From positions 28,272,001 to 28,336,000 of the forward strand of contig NC_087246.1 in assembly GCF_037042905.1 (NCBI RefSeq): DNA of 64,000 nt, given 5' to 3'. The notes under the pieces are model-generated. The model saw only the letters and a program-made list of their open reading frames with translations, had not been told where the DNA came from and did not search any database. Below are positions 23,139 through 36,010 of the stretch, one piece after another (position 1 is the first letter of the stretch; each line of letters opens with the position of its first letter). The DNA comes from Lytechinus pictus (taxonomy: Eukaryota). The translations under genes and the position numbers were made by a program.

Positions 23139-24713
23139 CAGGTCCCACCAGGATGTAGCTAAGAATTTCAGTGGGTGATGCAAAACTGTACTTAGGTAAC
23201 TTAACATGCTTAAGATCTCTTTTTTTACTTCATTTACATTTAGATTTGTAGTTGCATGTAATAAGAACGGTTGTTGTGCTAGCGCCATGAGCGTCTCTGG
23301 ACGATGTGTACGCTCAATAAGACATCACTGTTATTATTATTGAAATTAAGGAAAACAATAATCATATAGGGTTTCTTTAAAACCACTTAGGTCTCCTCGG
23401 CCAAGGACCATCAATGACGTATTACAAAATTAATCATGTAAAAATATGTAAATAGACCTATATGGCAAATGGATGTTAGTTATATTAGTACACATTAAAC
23501 GGTGAGTCCACTCCATGTAAAAATTAAGGTGATTTGACTAAATAGAGAGATTAACACCAGGAAAGTACATAAAAAGAGAATGCAATTACGATGCATTTTA
23601 GATTTCCATTTATGTTTAAAAAACATTTATATGCAGGCCTACATCACAGGTGATATGCAAATGGCTGAACTGATGTCATGCACTCATCATTATTTCGATG
23701 AAATATACATATTTTATCGTTTATTATGTAATTCAGGGTGTGACCCCACCGTACATAATGTAATTTCCATTGTAATTTAACTTTAGTCAATTAAATCTGA
23801 GCTTCTTCGTCATACAATCTACAAGAGCGAAACAAAATTATTGCTTGATAATAAAACACGAAAAAAATGTAAGGGTGTGACATAATCAACTCTCTAATTG
23901 CATATTACCGGTGTTATCATTGTTATGTGAAATGAAGCGAAAAAAAATCAATCAAACTGTCATGAATTTATTATCTTATATCCTATTCTGACGAAATTTT
24001 AAATTGTATATACTTGTTCCATCTTTTTATTTTTAGCATAATCAACTTCATGCTAGGGTGGATTCATCCTTGCAGGTAAAGTGATATGGGTAACCCAATT
24101 AAATGAGTGCTTCTCGAATAATATGCTATGCTATAGCAAATCCATGTAACGGCCATAATCGATTCATGACTATTATGAATAAATTTGTGTCTGACATAAA
24201 AATACAGGTATGCAATCCAGGCAGCCCTTAGCAAACTTGAGGTTAACTTCAATTATTGGTATATCAGACAAGTTAGAAAGTAGGCTTATGCCTTCAGTAA
24301 TATCCCACTCATGGTTACATCTCCAATTTAATCTGCTCGTTCGCTTAAATCGCCCCCATATGAAGATCCCCTTCAGAATGATGTAGATAAAATGAATGAT
24401 TTATTTTCCTCTGGCAATAAACGGTTAGTCTGCAGCAGACACAGACCCTAATTGAAATTTTCATCAACAAGTGGGTCTTCACATAAAGACTAGCACCTAT
24501 CAAACCTGCTGTTTCAATACAGTGAGAGGGCCGTCAGTACACAAGTCATAGTAGGCTCCAAATCCAGACCCCTTAACTCTTGTGAAGGGTTCGGACTGCA
24601 GACTAATAATAAACCGCAGTGTATGTACCTCGTAGATGCAGTATCACGAAATCGTGAAATGCGACCCATATATAAGGGGGAATATTCACACCTCTTTGCG
24701 AGACGACGCACTG

Positions 24714-24870
24714 GGGAACGTTTCATGAAAGGACTTGTCAGACGTTTTATCCGATAAGTCCTGTTTCATCCGACAGTTACCATAGTAGCAGTGCCTACTG
24801 GACAATCAGAATCAAGGAAAGTTGTCAGATCTGACAACTTGTCGGACAAAAATGTTGATGAAACGCTCCC
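24714..24870. mobile_element. Harbinger-like MITE (CTG TSD), X-box + CCAAT family
   Basis: CTG|GGGAACGTTTCATGAA ... TTGATGAAACGCTCCC|CTG. Confidence 0.85.
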
Positions 24871-24882
24871 CTGAAGTCCATA

Positions 24883-25163
24883 CACTGCAAAAACTCCGGT
24901 GTTGATTTAACACCAGCCCAGAATCTATATATGTCCACACCAGAGAAGTATTGAAACAACACCAGTTTGGAATCAAACCGATGTTATTTTAATACTGATT
25001 GGTGTTGTATAAACACCTATCTGGTGTTAGACTAATACCGAAACCGGTGTTGTTTAACACTTCTCTGGTGTGGACATATATAGATTCCGGGCTGGTGTTA
25101 AATCAACACCGAATCAAACCGATGCTATTTTAATACTGATTGGTGTTGTATAAACACCTATCT
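24883..25163. mobile_element. CACTG-type palindromic MITE with a rearranged right end
   Basis: TA|CACTGCAAAAACTCCGGTGTTGATTTAACACCAGCCC; the mirror arm stops at AAATCAACACCG (25111) and is followed by a direct copy of 24971-25022. Confidence 0.8.
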
Positions 25164-25258
25164 ATTTCTTGTTTTAAATATTTTTGTTAAAATCAATAAA
25201 CATGAAATGGAATAAACACAACTACATAGCACTGCATGGCAGTCAAATGTGGAACCTA

Positions 25259-25422
25259 CACTGTAAAAATAAAGTGCTAATTTAGCACTTAAAGTGCTTG
25301 TATAGTGACTGCACTACGAGTGCTGATTTTCTAGTTTAAATTTGAACTAACAAATCAGCACTCGTAGTGCAGTCACTATGCAAGCACTGTAAGTGCTAAA
25401 TTAGCACTTCATTTTTGCAGTG
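25259..25422. mobile_element. CACTG-type MITE, almost fully palindromic (164 bp), TA TSD
   Basis: TA|CACTGTAAAAATAAAGTGCTAATTTAGCACTT ... AAGTGCTAAATTAGCACTTCATTTTTGCAGTG|TA. Confidence 0.9.
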
Positions 25423-25533
25423 TATAACATCGCTTAGTATGTTTCACAGTGATGATATTAAGTGGCGTAATGGAGTATCAGTTTTGAGGGGGTTGAGTCT
25501 TGAATACGGTGTACTATTTTTTTTCAATTGGCA

Positions 25534-26412
25534 TTAACCCTAATCAGGCCGGGCTTGTTTAGGTGTTATATGACCGAGGGGGGGGGGGGGGGGTTGAATC
25601 AACCCCCCTTGAGATCTCTGACGCCGATCACGCGAATGCCTTGAAAATTGGCATGATAATAGTGTGGGATGTGTTCTATAACCATACAAGGCTGTATGGT
25701 TCATTTTTCCGAAATAATAACATTATAATTTGAATTAATTGTGCTAATTTATGCGTAAATTATACATTTTGCTCTGATTAAAAAGCCCCTCCTAGAATGC
25801 TATTTTTGGTATTAACATTCTTTATACCATTGCTAACAATTTCAAATGAAAAGAAAAATTCTTATGTATTTCTTTATTTTTCGACTTTTTTCGCCAAATT
25901 CATAGCAGAACCTTTTTTGAAGCATAATTATGCTAACATCAATTCATTTCAGTTGACGATATTAAAAATAATCACATTTTTATGAATATGAGATTGATGA
26001 GAAAAACTCAATTTGCATTGACTTTGTACACAAAATTTTAAGTTTCGGATTTGTGACGTCATAAACGAGCAGCTGCCCCTATATGTTATGTAATATAAAT
26101 TGCATAAATTTCAAGTTTTAATGGTTCCTGATGACTTACGTTTGTTTTCTTTTTAGGAACGGGTGTAAAATGATTTGTCTACTGATATAGACTGAATGTA
26201 CAGTATAAACTATTGTCAATTTTCTGAGAAAATGAAATTTCACTGACTTATTATACGATATGTAGGAAAGCTGCCCGCATATGACGTCACAAATCAAATC
26301 ATTAAAATTCTAATAAGATTTTTATTCTTTGATGGATTTTCTCAAACCTTCGGCAATATTTTTTTCTGCTATTTTTACAACAAACTTTTTGTCAGGGTGA
26401 ACTTCCCCTATA
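25534..26412. mobile_element. Fragments of TTAA-targeting elements (piggyBac-like left end, Kolobok-like right end)
   Basis: TTAA|CCCTAATCAGGCCGGG at 25534; GGGTGAACTTCCCC near 26395-26408; two TGACGTCA inside. Partner ends not found. Confidence 0.4.
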
Positions 26413-27191
26413 ATTTATCGGACCGATTTTCTGCAGATCGATCCCTTCAATACAGTACACGTTCATGTAGGTTTAACATCGGTATGCCTATAAACAATAA
26501 AAGTTTTGCAGCTCTTGATAATTTGCACCATCTAATTGTCCTTTGCGAAACATTTCTGAAGTGTTTATGGGCGATTTCTGAAGTGCAATGATACTGTTTT
26601 GATGACACTTCAAAAACATAGCGAAGGATTGCAACTCCGTTGTAATTTCAAGCCATTTCCTTCCTTTGATAATTATGTAAAGACATTTCGGCCGTCACAT
26701 AATGACACCCCGTTCACTTATCTGAATGTCTCCTGTAGGATACAAAGTGATTGGCTGCGGATCTTAATAACTTTATAGATTGGATGGGAAGCGGGGTGGG
26801 GTGCAACTAATGGGGGTGTCAGAAAGTTCCATTCTCAGATAAAGATGTTTACACAACCTCATGAATGATTGAATAAAAATATTAAATGAAGGATTGGAAA
26901 TATGAATATGTTAACAGTAGTGAAAGAAGTGAAAAGAGAGAAGTGAAATAGCAAAATGAGAACATTAATAATAACATCCAAGGAAAATATATTTGTACAC
27001 CCTAAATCAGGTTAGTCGAATGTAAAAGATGACTAGAGAGAATGTGAACGATTGGCTTGACTCGCCAGCCTGAATCCGGCACTTTTAGTTAACATTATAT
27101 TTGTATAATTTGTTTTTCTTTCAGAAAAAAAAAAAGATTACAAAAAAAAGTTAAATAGTTTGATTAAGGCTCTATTCAATTGAAAGATATT

Positions 27192-27357
27192 NNNNNNNNN
27201 NNNNNNNNNNNNNNNNNNNNNNNNNNNNNNNNNNNNNNNNNNNNNNNNNNNNNNNNNNNNNNNNNNNNNNNNNNNNNNNNNNNNNNNNNNNNNNNNNNNN
27301 NNNNNNNNNNNNNNNNNNNNNNNNNNNNNNNNNNNNNNNNNNNNNNNNNNNNNNNNN
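27192..27357. other. Assembly gap (N run)
   Basis: 166 N. Confidence 1.
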
Positions 27358-28145
27358 TTTGTGAAGTGACTATGCCAATGTCCCCTTTAAAAGGGAATCC
27401 TTGAGACATTTAAGACAATAAGATGGCCTCTCTCATGCTGTGTTTGAATGCATGTGGTTGCTCCAGGAATGGGAATCAACAGAGATCCCTGCTGCTTGTT
27501 TGTTATCGTGTAACAAGACCACTCCGAGAGAGTAACCAGGATTAATCAAATTTACCCTCAGCCAAGTAGTTTCCCTTACTCTCCAACTAACCCTCAACTT
27601 CTTTTTCAATGAAATTGTCCAATATTCATGCTAAGACGCTTCGTACATCCAGGGAACAGACCACGACATAAACATTCGAGAGGCTATTCTAATTTTGAGA
27701 TGGTATCTTAAATTTATTTTCTTGGATGTTGTTTGTGTGCCTGTAGGGGTTATTTTCTATGTTTTGATGAAAAAATGGAGATAAACAAATCTATGAGTGG
27801 AAATGGTTTAATGAATCCAAGGGGCTCAACCACTGTATTCTTAAAATAGAACACTGAAATTGTTAGGTTGAGATAAGATTGGGATTTACCGTGTTTACAC
27901 TTGATCGGCTTTTGGTTCTGAACCAAAAGCCGATGCAGAATCGGCTTTTGGTTTGCGTTTACACGTTGTTACAGCTCGCGGTTCAGAACCGCGAGCCAAT
28001 GCAAAAACCTGAAATGATACGCACACCAACGATATACGTCATAATAAAGACAACGCTGGATCAGTGCGCTTACAATTACGTCACAATGGTAAAGTAAATG
28101 AAATGCGCACAAATTGCCGATGCAGAATCGGCTTTCTGTTTACAC

Positions 28146-29630
28146 CACTGGCGTAAATCCCGGGGGGGGGGGATGGGGGGGATATATCCCCCCACTTTTC
28201 GAGGAGGGGGGGATGGCCTGTACAAACATCCCCCCCAGTTTTTACGAAAGAAATGAAAAAAAAATCACAAGAGATAATTGTTTTATTGGTGAAAATTCTT
28301 CCTAAAATACCGCTTAACAAATAAAACAATATTATTGAATCATAAAATGACAATAAAGAGCCAGTTCACCATTTCCAAACGAAATACTTATGTCCTTATT
28401 ATAACATTGAAGAGAAACCCCCGTTTCTTCCAATTCATCAATGTTGGGGTCTTTGGGAAGGGATTAAGATGGAATGTCAAAACATTTTGAATGTAATCTC
28501 TAATAAAACCATTAACCATCATGGGGTAAAAAAGATAATAATATTGGAGGGTATTTGCCATATGGACATACAGTGGCGTAACTATGGGGGGCACATCCCC
28601 CCCCCATCGGCTGACCAAATAAAAAACGGGGAAAGTGGGAAAAGGAGACAAGAGGGAGAAAGGAAGAGAAGCGAAGTGGGAAAGAAGAAGATATTATTCA
28701 TTATAATGTTATATTATATTATAATTATGTTATGTTACATTATACATAAGAAACATTTTTATCATAACTTTATGAAACATAATTTGCCCAGGGCCTACGT
28801 CTTCATTGTTCCTGGTGCTCGCATTGTCTGTTTAACGAGATATATAATCCTGTTGTACTAAAACATCTCGTTTTCAAGTCAATATAAACCAAATTTTTCC
28901 TAGCACTTGAGTTATCGTTGTTTTACGTAGTTACATATGCTTCTTTTTTATGACTCAAAAAGTGATTGCCTAATGTTAAGGTCTTCGTATATATGAAACA
29001 TTTCCTGTCCGTGATTACGTTCGCATTAGTGGATTGGTGAGATATGTCTGCTCTTCATGAATTCCTAAAATCAGTCCATAAAATGTCCCTTCTTCTGATC
29101 TGAATATCAAAAATTTTCAGCTCGCGCTTCGCGCTCGCATCATTTGGTTAATGAAATACGTATGGTCCTAGTTAATTCCTACAAAGAAACCTTAGAATGC
29201 CCCACTTCAGGTCTGAATTATCTAAGTTTTCAGCTCGCGCTTCGCGCTCGCATTGTTTAGCGAGACAGGTACCTATCATGATTACACAAATTTGATTATA
29301 ATGTCCCTTTTTAGGTGTGAATATAACAAAATTTCAGCTCGCGCTTCGCGCTCGCATTATTTGATTAGTGAGATACATATCCGTTTAATGACATTGTCCT
29401 TAAAATGTCTCTATTAGGTCAGTATAACTGGCAACTGCGCGCGCTTAGCGCGCTCACTCAGTGATTCAAAAATGCTGCTGGTGCCCCCCCTCCCCCAATG
29501 CCGTGACCCACGGTACGCCACTGTGGACATATCAATGACAATTCCTTGCATATCTAAAAACATGATTGCAAAAAAATGCCAAAATATTTCAGTCATCCCC
29601 CCCACCCATCAACACGGATTTACGCCAGTG
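28146..29630. mobile_element. Middle hAT-type MITE
   Basis: Perfect 15-bp TIR CACTGGCGTAAATCC; exact 8-bp TSD GTTTACAC (28138-28145, 29631-29638). Confidence 0.93.
28571..29523. mobile_element. Inner hAT-type MITE with ~110-bp internal repeats
   Basis: TIR CAGTGGCGTA / TACGCCACTG; exact 8-bp TSD TGGACATA (28563-28570, 29524-29531); CAGCTCGCGCTTCGCGCTCGCA at about 29118, 29231 and 29335. Confidence 0.93.
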
Positions 29631-31467
29631 GTTTACACGTAGTAAAAAAGCCGATTCTGCATCGGCTCGCGGTTCAGAACCTACTACTTTGGTGGTGCAA
29701 ATTGCCGGTTCTGAACCGCGAGCCGATGCAAGTTATCGCGCTTACACGCTATGAAAAAGCCGATGCTGCATCGGCTCGCGGTTCAGAACCGCGAGCCGAT
29801 TCAAAAGCCGATTAAGTGTAAACACGGTATACTTTGTTCAGAGAGTCAAGTTTGAAAGAAAGATTTTATATACTTTTTATATACCTGTTTATATAGGCCT
29901 ACATGTTATCTTGCTTTCTTTTACGGTTATTTCTAACAAATGTGATTAAAACTCATATTGTTTCTTAAAAATACACTTTGATAGAATTCGACCGTCGGTT
30001 ATATTTATGTTACGTTGTTTTCAACATTACGTTGTTCGTTAATGCCAAATAACAAAGAATTATCATATCATTATACTATTATTTCAATAATCTTTAATGT
30101 GGTTGTTAAGGCCTACTTATTAAGTAGTACTTATGCTACCGTATTTTTGTTCTATATTTTCACTCTCGTATTGAAGTGTTATTTCTACAAAAGGATGTCA
30201 AATGATTTTAAAATATTCTGAAGGTAGAAGTTAATTTCAGTTTAATTTTTCAGAAGTTTCAATGGAAAATCCATTCCAGAAAGTTAATGTGAATTAATAC
30301 GTTTTCATTCATTTTAATAAATACCCTGAAATAATACGTTTAACTTACAAGCCACGGAGAAAACATGCATTGTATGTTGCTTTGTTGCTTGATATGTGCC
30401 TAGTAAGTAATGGAAACCGAAATGGAAAGAAAGAAAAAGAAAAAAAAAATCCTGGAAATAATAGAGATAGGCATGTGTTTTAGTAAAGAATACGATGTAT
30501 ACCTATACCGTTATTCAAAGTTTGTGGATTTGTCGAATCTATTTTGAGCGATGTTGAGGCTTTAAAGCCCCCTCGGGATTTATGGGGTGTACTTTAACAG
30601 ATGGAATAAAAAATTGCCACGCTCCTTGTATTACTTCAGCTTTATGTCGCTTAGAATTATTTCCCAGCAGACAAGTTCAGGATCAAGCTAAAATCATAAA
30701 TATGTTTCGAAACAGTTGATTTACCATATTTTGTAAGAAAATACAACGTAGAAGGAAATAAGGAGGAGGAATATGGATGACTCTAGTCTGTTCCAAGATG
30801 TAGTTTGTGCAAATATAGTGATCCCTTATTTCAAGGTTTTAAATATAACACAATAGAGTATATCATAAATTCATACTGCGTAAGCGATGTGCTTTAAACC
30901 CCGATCTATAATATATTAGAATTCGAGGGGTTTGCATTTTTTAAATTAAATACCATTTAACAAATGTTATATATTTATATTTTAATGACACATAGTTTTG
31001 TATAATTCATATTGAAAAATTATATACTGTGAGAAATGGAAGAAGATGAATGGATATATGTTTATTTGAGTTGACAATTGAATGGTACATACATACATAC
31101 ATATATATTTGTGTGTGAGGGTGCGTGTGTGTGAGTGAAGGTGGGAGAGTGTCTCTGTGTGTGTAGAAAGAGAGAGACTAAAAAGCTAAAAACTGCTTTC
31201 GTTTTAGAATTAGATTTTGCAGATAACAAAAAACATGTTTAGATCAGAGGTCACTGAACTCCATTCCGCGCAACATATCTTCACCTATATTAGGCCTAAT
31301 ATCCATACTAACTATCCATCGAATAAATTCAATTTGATTTTGGTTTACCATAAAACAAGTTCAACAACTGAATTAGTTATTATGTACATACATTTTTGGC
31401 TTATACTAGTAAATAGCATCGCATTTTCGTCTTTCAATCGGAAAATCCAGTCAGAAAAAAATATATA

Positions 31468-31701
31468 GGAACCAGTGGGATTCGAATATCAGGGGCCCGT
31501 TTCATAAAGGACTTGCATCTGTTGTAACTTTGCCATTATGGCAACTACCATGGAAACCTTGATTCTGATTGGCTGCTGAGCCCTGTTACCATGGTAGTTA
31601 CCATTATGGCAAAGTTACAACAGTTGCAAGTCCTTTATGAAACGGGTCCCTGATCTACTGAATGCCGTTCAACGACTCTGCCACCAGGCCATCACTGGTC
31701 C
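31468..31701 (-). pseudogene. Degenerate tRNA-like sequence (SINE head or pseudo-tRNA) split by a MITE
   Basis: With the MITE removed, the minus strand reads GGACCAGTGATGGCCTGGTGG...ATTCGAATCCCACTGGTTCC (A box, B box, pairing ends). Confidence 0.55.
31493..31649. mobile_element. Harbinger-like palindromic MITE (CWG target), X-box + CCAAT family
   Basis: CAG|GGGCCCGTTTCATAAAGGACTTGCA..TGTTGTAACTTTGCCAT mirrored by ATGGCAAAGTTACAACAGTTGCAAGTCCTTTATGAAACGGGTCC|CTG. Confidence 0.9.
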
Positions 31702-32090
31702 ATAGGACAGTCTTAGTAAATAAAAAAAACCAAAAAACCCAAATACCTCAGTACCTCTGATATTTAATCTGACTTGCATTCATATAGTTCAGTGTAGTCC
31801 GCCATGGTCCATGGAAAATGGAATGGTATGTGAAATATTTGCTGGTAAAGTTTATTCGTAATCATAAAAAAAATGAAAAATCTAGAGGACTGGAGGAACT
31901 GCAACGAGGTGCTAAAATGTAAAGTGAACCCTTGCCGTAAAATGGACAATATTAGTCAATGAAAAAAAGTCATGTCAGTGCACTTATAATATCCTCCGAA
32001 AGTTGATCTTGATACAAGTTTTTTTTCTTACTTTTCATTAAAGTTTGGACTACACGCAAAGGCCACTTTAAGGAGCCTTATCTTTGAGTC

Positions 32091-32243
32091 CTGGAGCCTA
32101 TTTCATCAAACTTCTTGTAATAACATATTTGCAATAACACTTTGAAGCTACTGAAATCATTCAATTTGATAGGCTGATAGTAAACTTGTTATACAAATTG
32201 TCCATTTGTTATTATAACAGGTGTTTATGAAACTAGTCCCTGT
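32091..32243 (-). mobile_element. Diverged Harbinger-like MITE (reverse copy of 37994-38146)
   Basis: CTGGAGCCTATTTCATCAAAC ... GTTTATGAAACTAGTCCCTG; interior matches the reverse complement of the 38 kb copy. Confidence 0.7.
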
Positions 32244-32317
32244 TCGATCCATTGAATGGTGGTCATTTTTTTACCTGATTGCTGAGGAAGTGTGAATGCT
32301 TGTAAACAAGCAACCAG

Positions 32318-32465
32318 AGGATCGACGACTTAAGGTCGTCTCCGGGGAACCTGGTAATGAGGATTTAAATGCCTCACCACAGGGCACTAGCGCGCCAAGT
32401 GGGAATCGAACCCAGGTCACCAGAATCTGAAACCCCCTCTTTACCGACTGAGCTATAGCGTCTCC
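32318..32465 (-). mobile_element. tRNA-derived SINE, 5' part (second family)
   Basis: Minus strand: A box TAGCTCAGTCGG, B box GGTTCGATTCC, then GTGCCC..GG..AGGCATTT and GACCTTAAGTCGTCGATCC. Confidence 0.8.
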
Positions 32466-32671
32466 TCCATTTGTTTTTTGGTCTGACTATAGCATAAACC
32501 ATGGACCTACGAAGACCTACTTAAGGTTTTAATACATCACATACGTAGCAGGAATCGACAGATGCATATGACTGAAATAATAGCGAGTTTGCGCACTGCG
32601 ATGCAGAATCAATTCTAGCGCGGAGCAAATAAACATTGAAAATACAAGTCAAGTCAAATCCTAAAGAAAAC

Positions 32672-32840
32672 ATAAGATGTCTTTGTCGAATATGGGTGAA
32701 TCGAAACAGCACTTTCGTTCGAAATTTCAGAGCTGACGAAAAATTGCAAATATTCCGTTTGTCCAGAGTCACGGAAAAAGCCCTGTTGTTTCGATTCACC
32801 GACCCTCGACTAAGACTTCATTGTCATGGAGGGGATTTAA
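32672..32840 (-). mobile_element. Old palindromic MITE, copy 2
   Basis: Reverse complement aligns with 1075-1240; own inverted arms GGTGAATCGAAACA / TGTTTCGATTCACC. Confidence 0.65.
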
Positions 32841-33408
32841 CAATATATTTTCTACGTTCAGAAAAGCGTTTGCGTAGCTATGGCAAAGACTCCCTCATCA
32901 GTGTTTCTTCTTCATCGAAGTTCAACATTGCTCCTTTGCCTTGTAATAAATAGCACTTGTGTCTGGTTAGACCAACCAATCCCGACGTTATCTGGGTTGG
33001 CATGATGAAGATTAACCGTTCGCATGTAAATCAAGGTAGCTTGAGATTAACATAATACTCACCAATTCTTTTATTTTTTTATTTACCTTGGAGAACGTCG
33101 GTATTCATATATTCCTTTTCCAAACCGCATCATCATCAGTTTCTTAACATTCACTTCTTTCGTCTTTCTCCAACATCTCTCAAAATACTCTATTTCATGG
33201 GCGTGTATGACCTATTTCCTTCATAAGATTGACAACTTCAGCAAAATTCCACAATGTGAATTACCCTTGGAAAGTCTGTTGGAAAACTTTCCTGGTGCAC
33301 AATGGAAAAATCATCTCCCCCGTTTTACGTTGCTCTCACCCCCTCTCTCCCCGCCCTCCCCCCTCTCCCTCTCCCCATCTCCATCTCTCTTTCTTCATCT
33401 CCTTTCTC

Positions 33409-33630
33409 ATGAAACTGCGTTTCCTGCGGGCGTCTGGTGAGCATCCGGGAGAAAATGAAGCGAGCATCCAGGCCGGGTTGGATGGGGCACTAGCCGACCT
33501 CGCAACGCCCCTCGCATCAAAACACCTGAGACATAACGATAAAATTAAAAATACCACCTTCATTGTTATCAAAATGAAAAGTGATATCATCCCAATGCAC
33601 GATGATAAACATGACTTTTGCTCGTGCTTC
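33409..33630 (+). CDS. Candidate first coding exon A (74 codons, phase 0), unknown product
   Basis: ATG at 33409 is open to TTC|GTAAGT; locally GC/CpG-rich; no recognisable homology. Confidence 0.15.
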
Positions 33631-34655
33631 GTAAGTGCACTAAATTCTTCTTGACTCCATCATTGTTCTAACGTTTCGTCCCCGTTGGATTTTACTTTGC
33701 GAAGACGGACGAGGAATTTTCATATCTTACTACTCATGGGAATTTCTTGTGAAGTTGTGAAATTGAACTGGGTGGAAATTCGAGTGTATTTAGTAAATTG
33801 CGACGCCAAATATGAAACCTAACTCGAAAACGTAAGAATAGTGGGAAAAGAAATGGGAACTGAATGACGTAATAAAAAGAAAAAACACTGGTTGGGGGTA
33901 CTTAAACACAAGATGAAACCGGATAATTATAATAAGTTTTAAAATGAATGAATCACATACCCAAACGGCTGTTGATGCCACAAAAAATCGAAGAAGAATC
34001 GTGGGATAGTATTAAAAAAAAAAAGAAAATAAAAATAAAAAATAAAATGGATTTAGTAATTTTGCATAAATTTGATGAAATTAAATTTAAAAGGTGGAAA
34101 TTATGGAAATAATAAGATAAAACAAACTAAGAATTGCGGTAAAGCCACGTTTCGCCTCATCATAATGAAGTTATGATATGTATGTGCAAACTGAGTAAAA
34201 ATGCATCAATGTTAAAAGGACTGGGAGGGGGGGGGGGCGCCTCAACGCTTTATTTCATTTTTTTCGGAACGCCCAAAGATATCGCCGCAACATTTCATGA
34301 GTTTTATCTTTGAAGTATGATGCACTTTTGAGACCCAATTCGTTTCATACGGGTATTGCATCGCAAAACCGCATGATCTTTTACGAGATGCCGAAAATGG
34401 TGTGCTTAATTCATTCATAAGAAATTCTAGAAACAAAGAAATATGCATAAGGAAAAAAATGAATTTCGTAATTTTTCTTTATATGAAAACCTGTGAATAA
34501 GATTACAAAGAAAACATTTGGAAAAAATGAAAAATGTTGAAATTGAATGTTTATTTGCAATAAAAAAAAAAAAAAAAAGCATATTGTGTTCATTGCGTTA
34601 ACACTAGCGCGTACATCAAATACACTACCTGATTACGCAACTTGTAAGCAGCGAG

Positions 34656-34730
34656 TGACGTCACCTTTAATAGTGAATATAACGCCACAATTGACAATAC
34701 AACGCAGTTATATTCACTGAGGTGACGTCA
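34656..34730. promoter_or_regulatory. Inverted repeat bounded by two full CRE sites
   Basis: TGACGTCACCT..AGTGAATATAAC / GTTATATTCACT.AGGTGACGTCA. Confidence 0.45.
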
Positions 34731-34824
34731 AAACCTACAATATAACAAATGCGATCCTCGCAGCTATGATCACATGGTGGCGTATTGACCTATCACTGAT
34801 TCGAATCTACATAAGCTATGTAAT

Positions 34825-34831
34825 ATATATA

Positions 34832-34886
<55 letters not shown>
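34825..34886 (+). repeat. (CA)n(TA)n microsatellite
   Basis: Direct reading. Confidence 0.9.
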
Positions 34887-34889
<3 letters not shown>

Positions 34890-35347
34890 GGGCGGATCCA
34901 GCTTTTTATAAAGGGGGGGTTGGGGTGGTATGCGAGGGAGCGTAGCGACCGAGTCCAAGCGAGCGGAGCGAGCGAGGGGGGAGGGTGTGGGAGGGGGGTG
35001 TCCCCCCTCCCACAGTAGGGACAATTTTTGAAAATCTGTGTGTGAAAATGGCGTTTTCTTGCATCTAAAACACCACTCTTTTTGGTATAGAGGGGGGGGG
35101 GGGGGGGCAAGGGACTCTGTGACATTTGTTCGCCCAACCCCCCCCCCCTCCCCCAAAAAGAAATAATAATAATAATAATAATAATGATAATAATAATAAT
35201 AATAATAATAAATGAAATAAATACATAGAAATAGAATAAAATAAAATTACAAGTTTAAAAAAAAAGATAAGATTTAAAAAAATGGTCCCCGGATTTTTTT
35301 TTTGGGGGGTTGCAACCCCCCCAACCCCCCCTCTAGATCCGCTTCTG
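34887..35347. mobile_element. hAT-type MITE inserted in a TA run
   Basis: TIR CAGGGGCGGATCCAG / CTAGATCCGCTTCTG; subterminal block shared with 1800-1890; internal (AAT)n. Confidence 0.8.
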
Positions 35348-35884
35348 TATATAAGGATATATATAGTTTTACACATCTCATGAGGAACTGAGGTCTCGTT
35401 TTCTAAACAGTTTGAACAGTTGCTATTCCATAATACTTCTAATACCAAATAAGATAACACATCAAACAATGTGGACTATGCCGTCATCAGTCTAATCAAG
35501 TGCACACAAAAGGAAGGTTGTATAAGGCAAGAGAAAGAAGAAGAAAAAGAAGAAAAAAAATCTTGTTGTATCTTATTACCAAATTCGTTGGCATTTTTAG
35601 TTTTGCTAAAACGCAACTTTCCACTGCGATGGAAGATTATATTATTGAAGCGGTTTTATTTGTTTAATGGAAGTAAAATCTTATGGGGGAAGACGACTCA
35701 CATTTAATCACCTGGAGCTGAAAAGAAGAGAGGAGATTATAGAGGATTGTTGCTCTTTTGAACGTCTCTTTTTAAATGAAGAATTCTCTCATGACCATCC
35801 CACCCCTATGAAGAGAGCACTCGCCTCAAAATTACATGAGTTACACCTTGCAAATAACAAGTGTTACCCCCATTGCCTTTTCAA

Positions 35885-36010
35885 GTTCGCACCGGCACGC
35901 GCGTAAATCACGGAGTTCACGGTTACACACTCACTTCTCTATCCACCCAACCAACGCCATCTCTCCGCCGGAGTGCTTGCTAATAAAAGGCGTCATTCTG
36001 CAGCTTGACT
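35885..36010 (+). promoter_or_regulatory. Possible core promoter
   Basis: CpG-rich patch and TATA-like TAATAAAAG at 35981, followed by ~1 kb of repeat-free sequence ending at a consensus splice donor. Confidence 0.25.

Larger units (their letters stand above)
27889..29827. mobile_element. Outer MITE (Harbinger-like GTGTTTACAC TIR) of a triple nest
   Basis: TA|CCGTGTTTACACTTGATCGGCTTTTG ... CAAAAGCCGATTAAGTGTAAACACGG|TA; internal palindromes GCTCGCGGTTC(A/T)GAACCGCGAGC. Confidence 0.9.

Noticed and set aside
27176-27409. ORFs spanning the N run
   Set aside because: Assembly gap.
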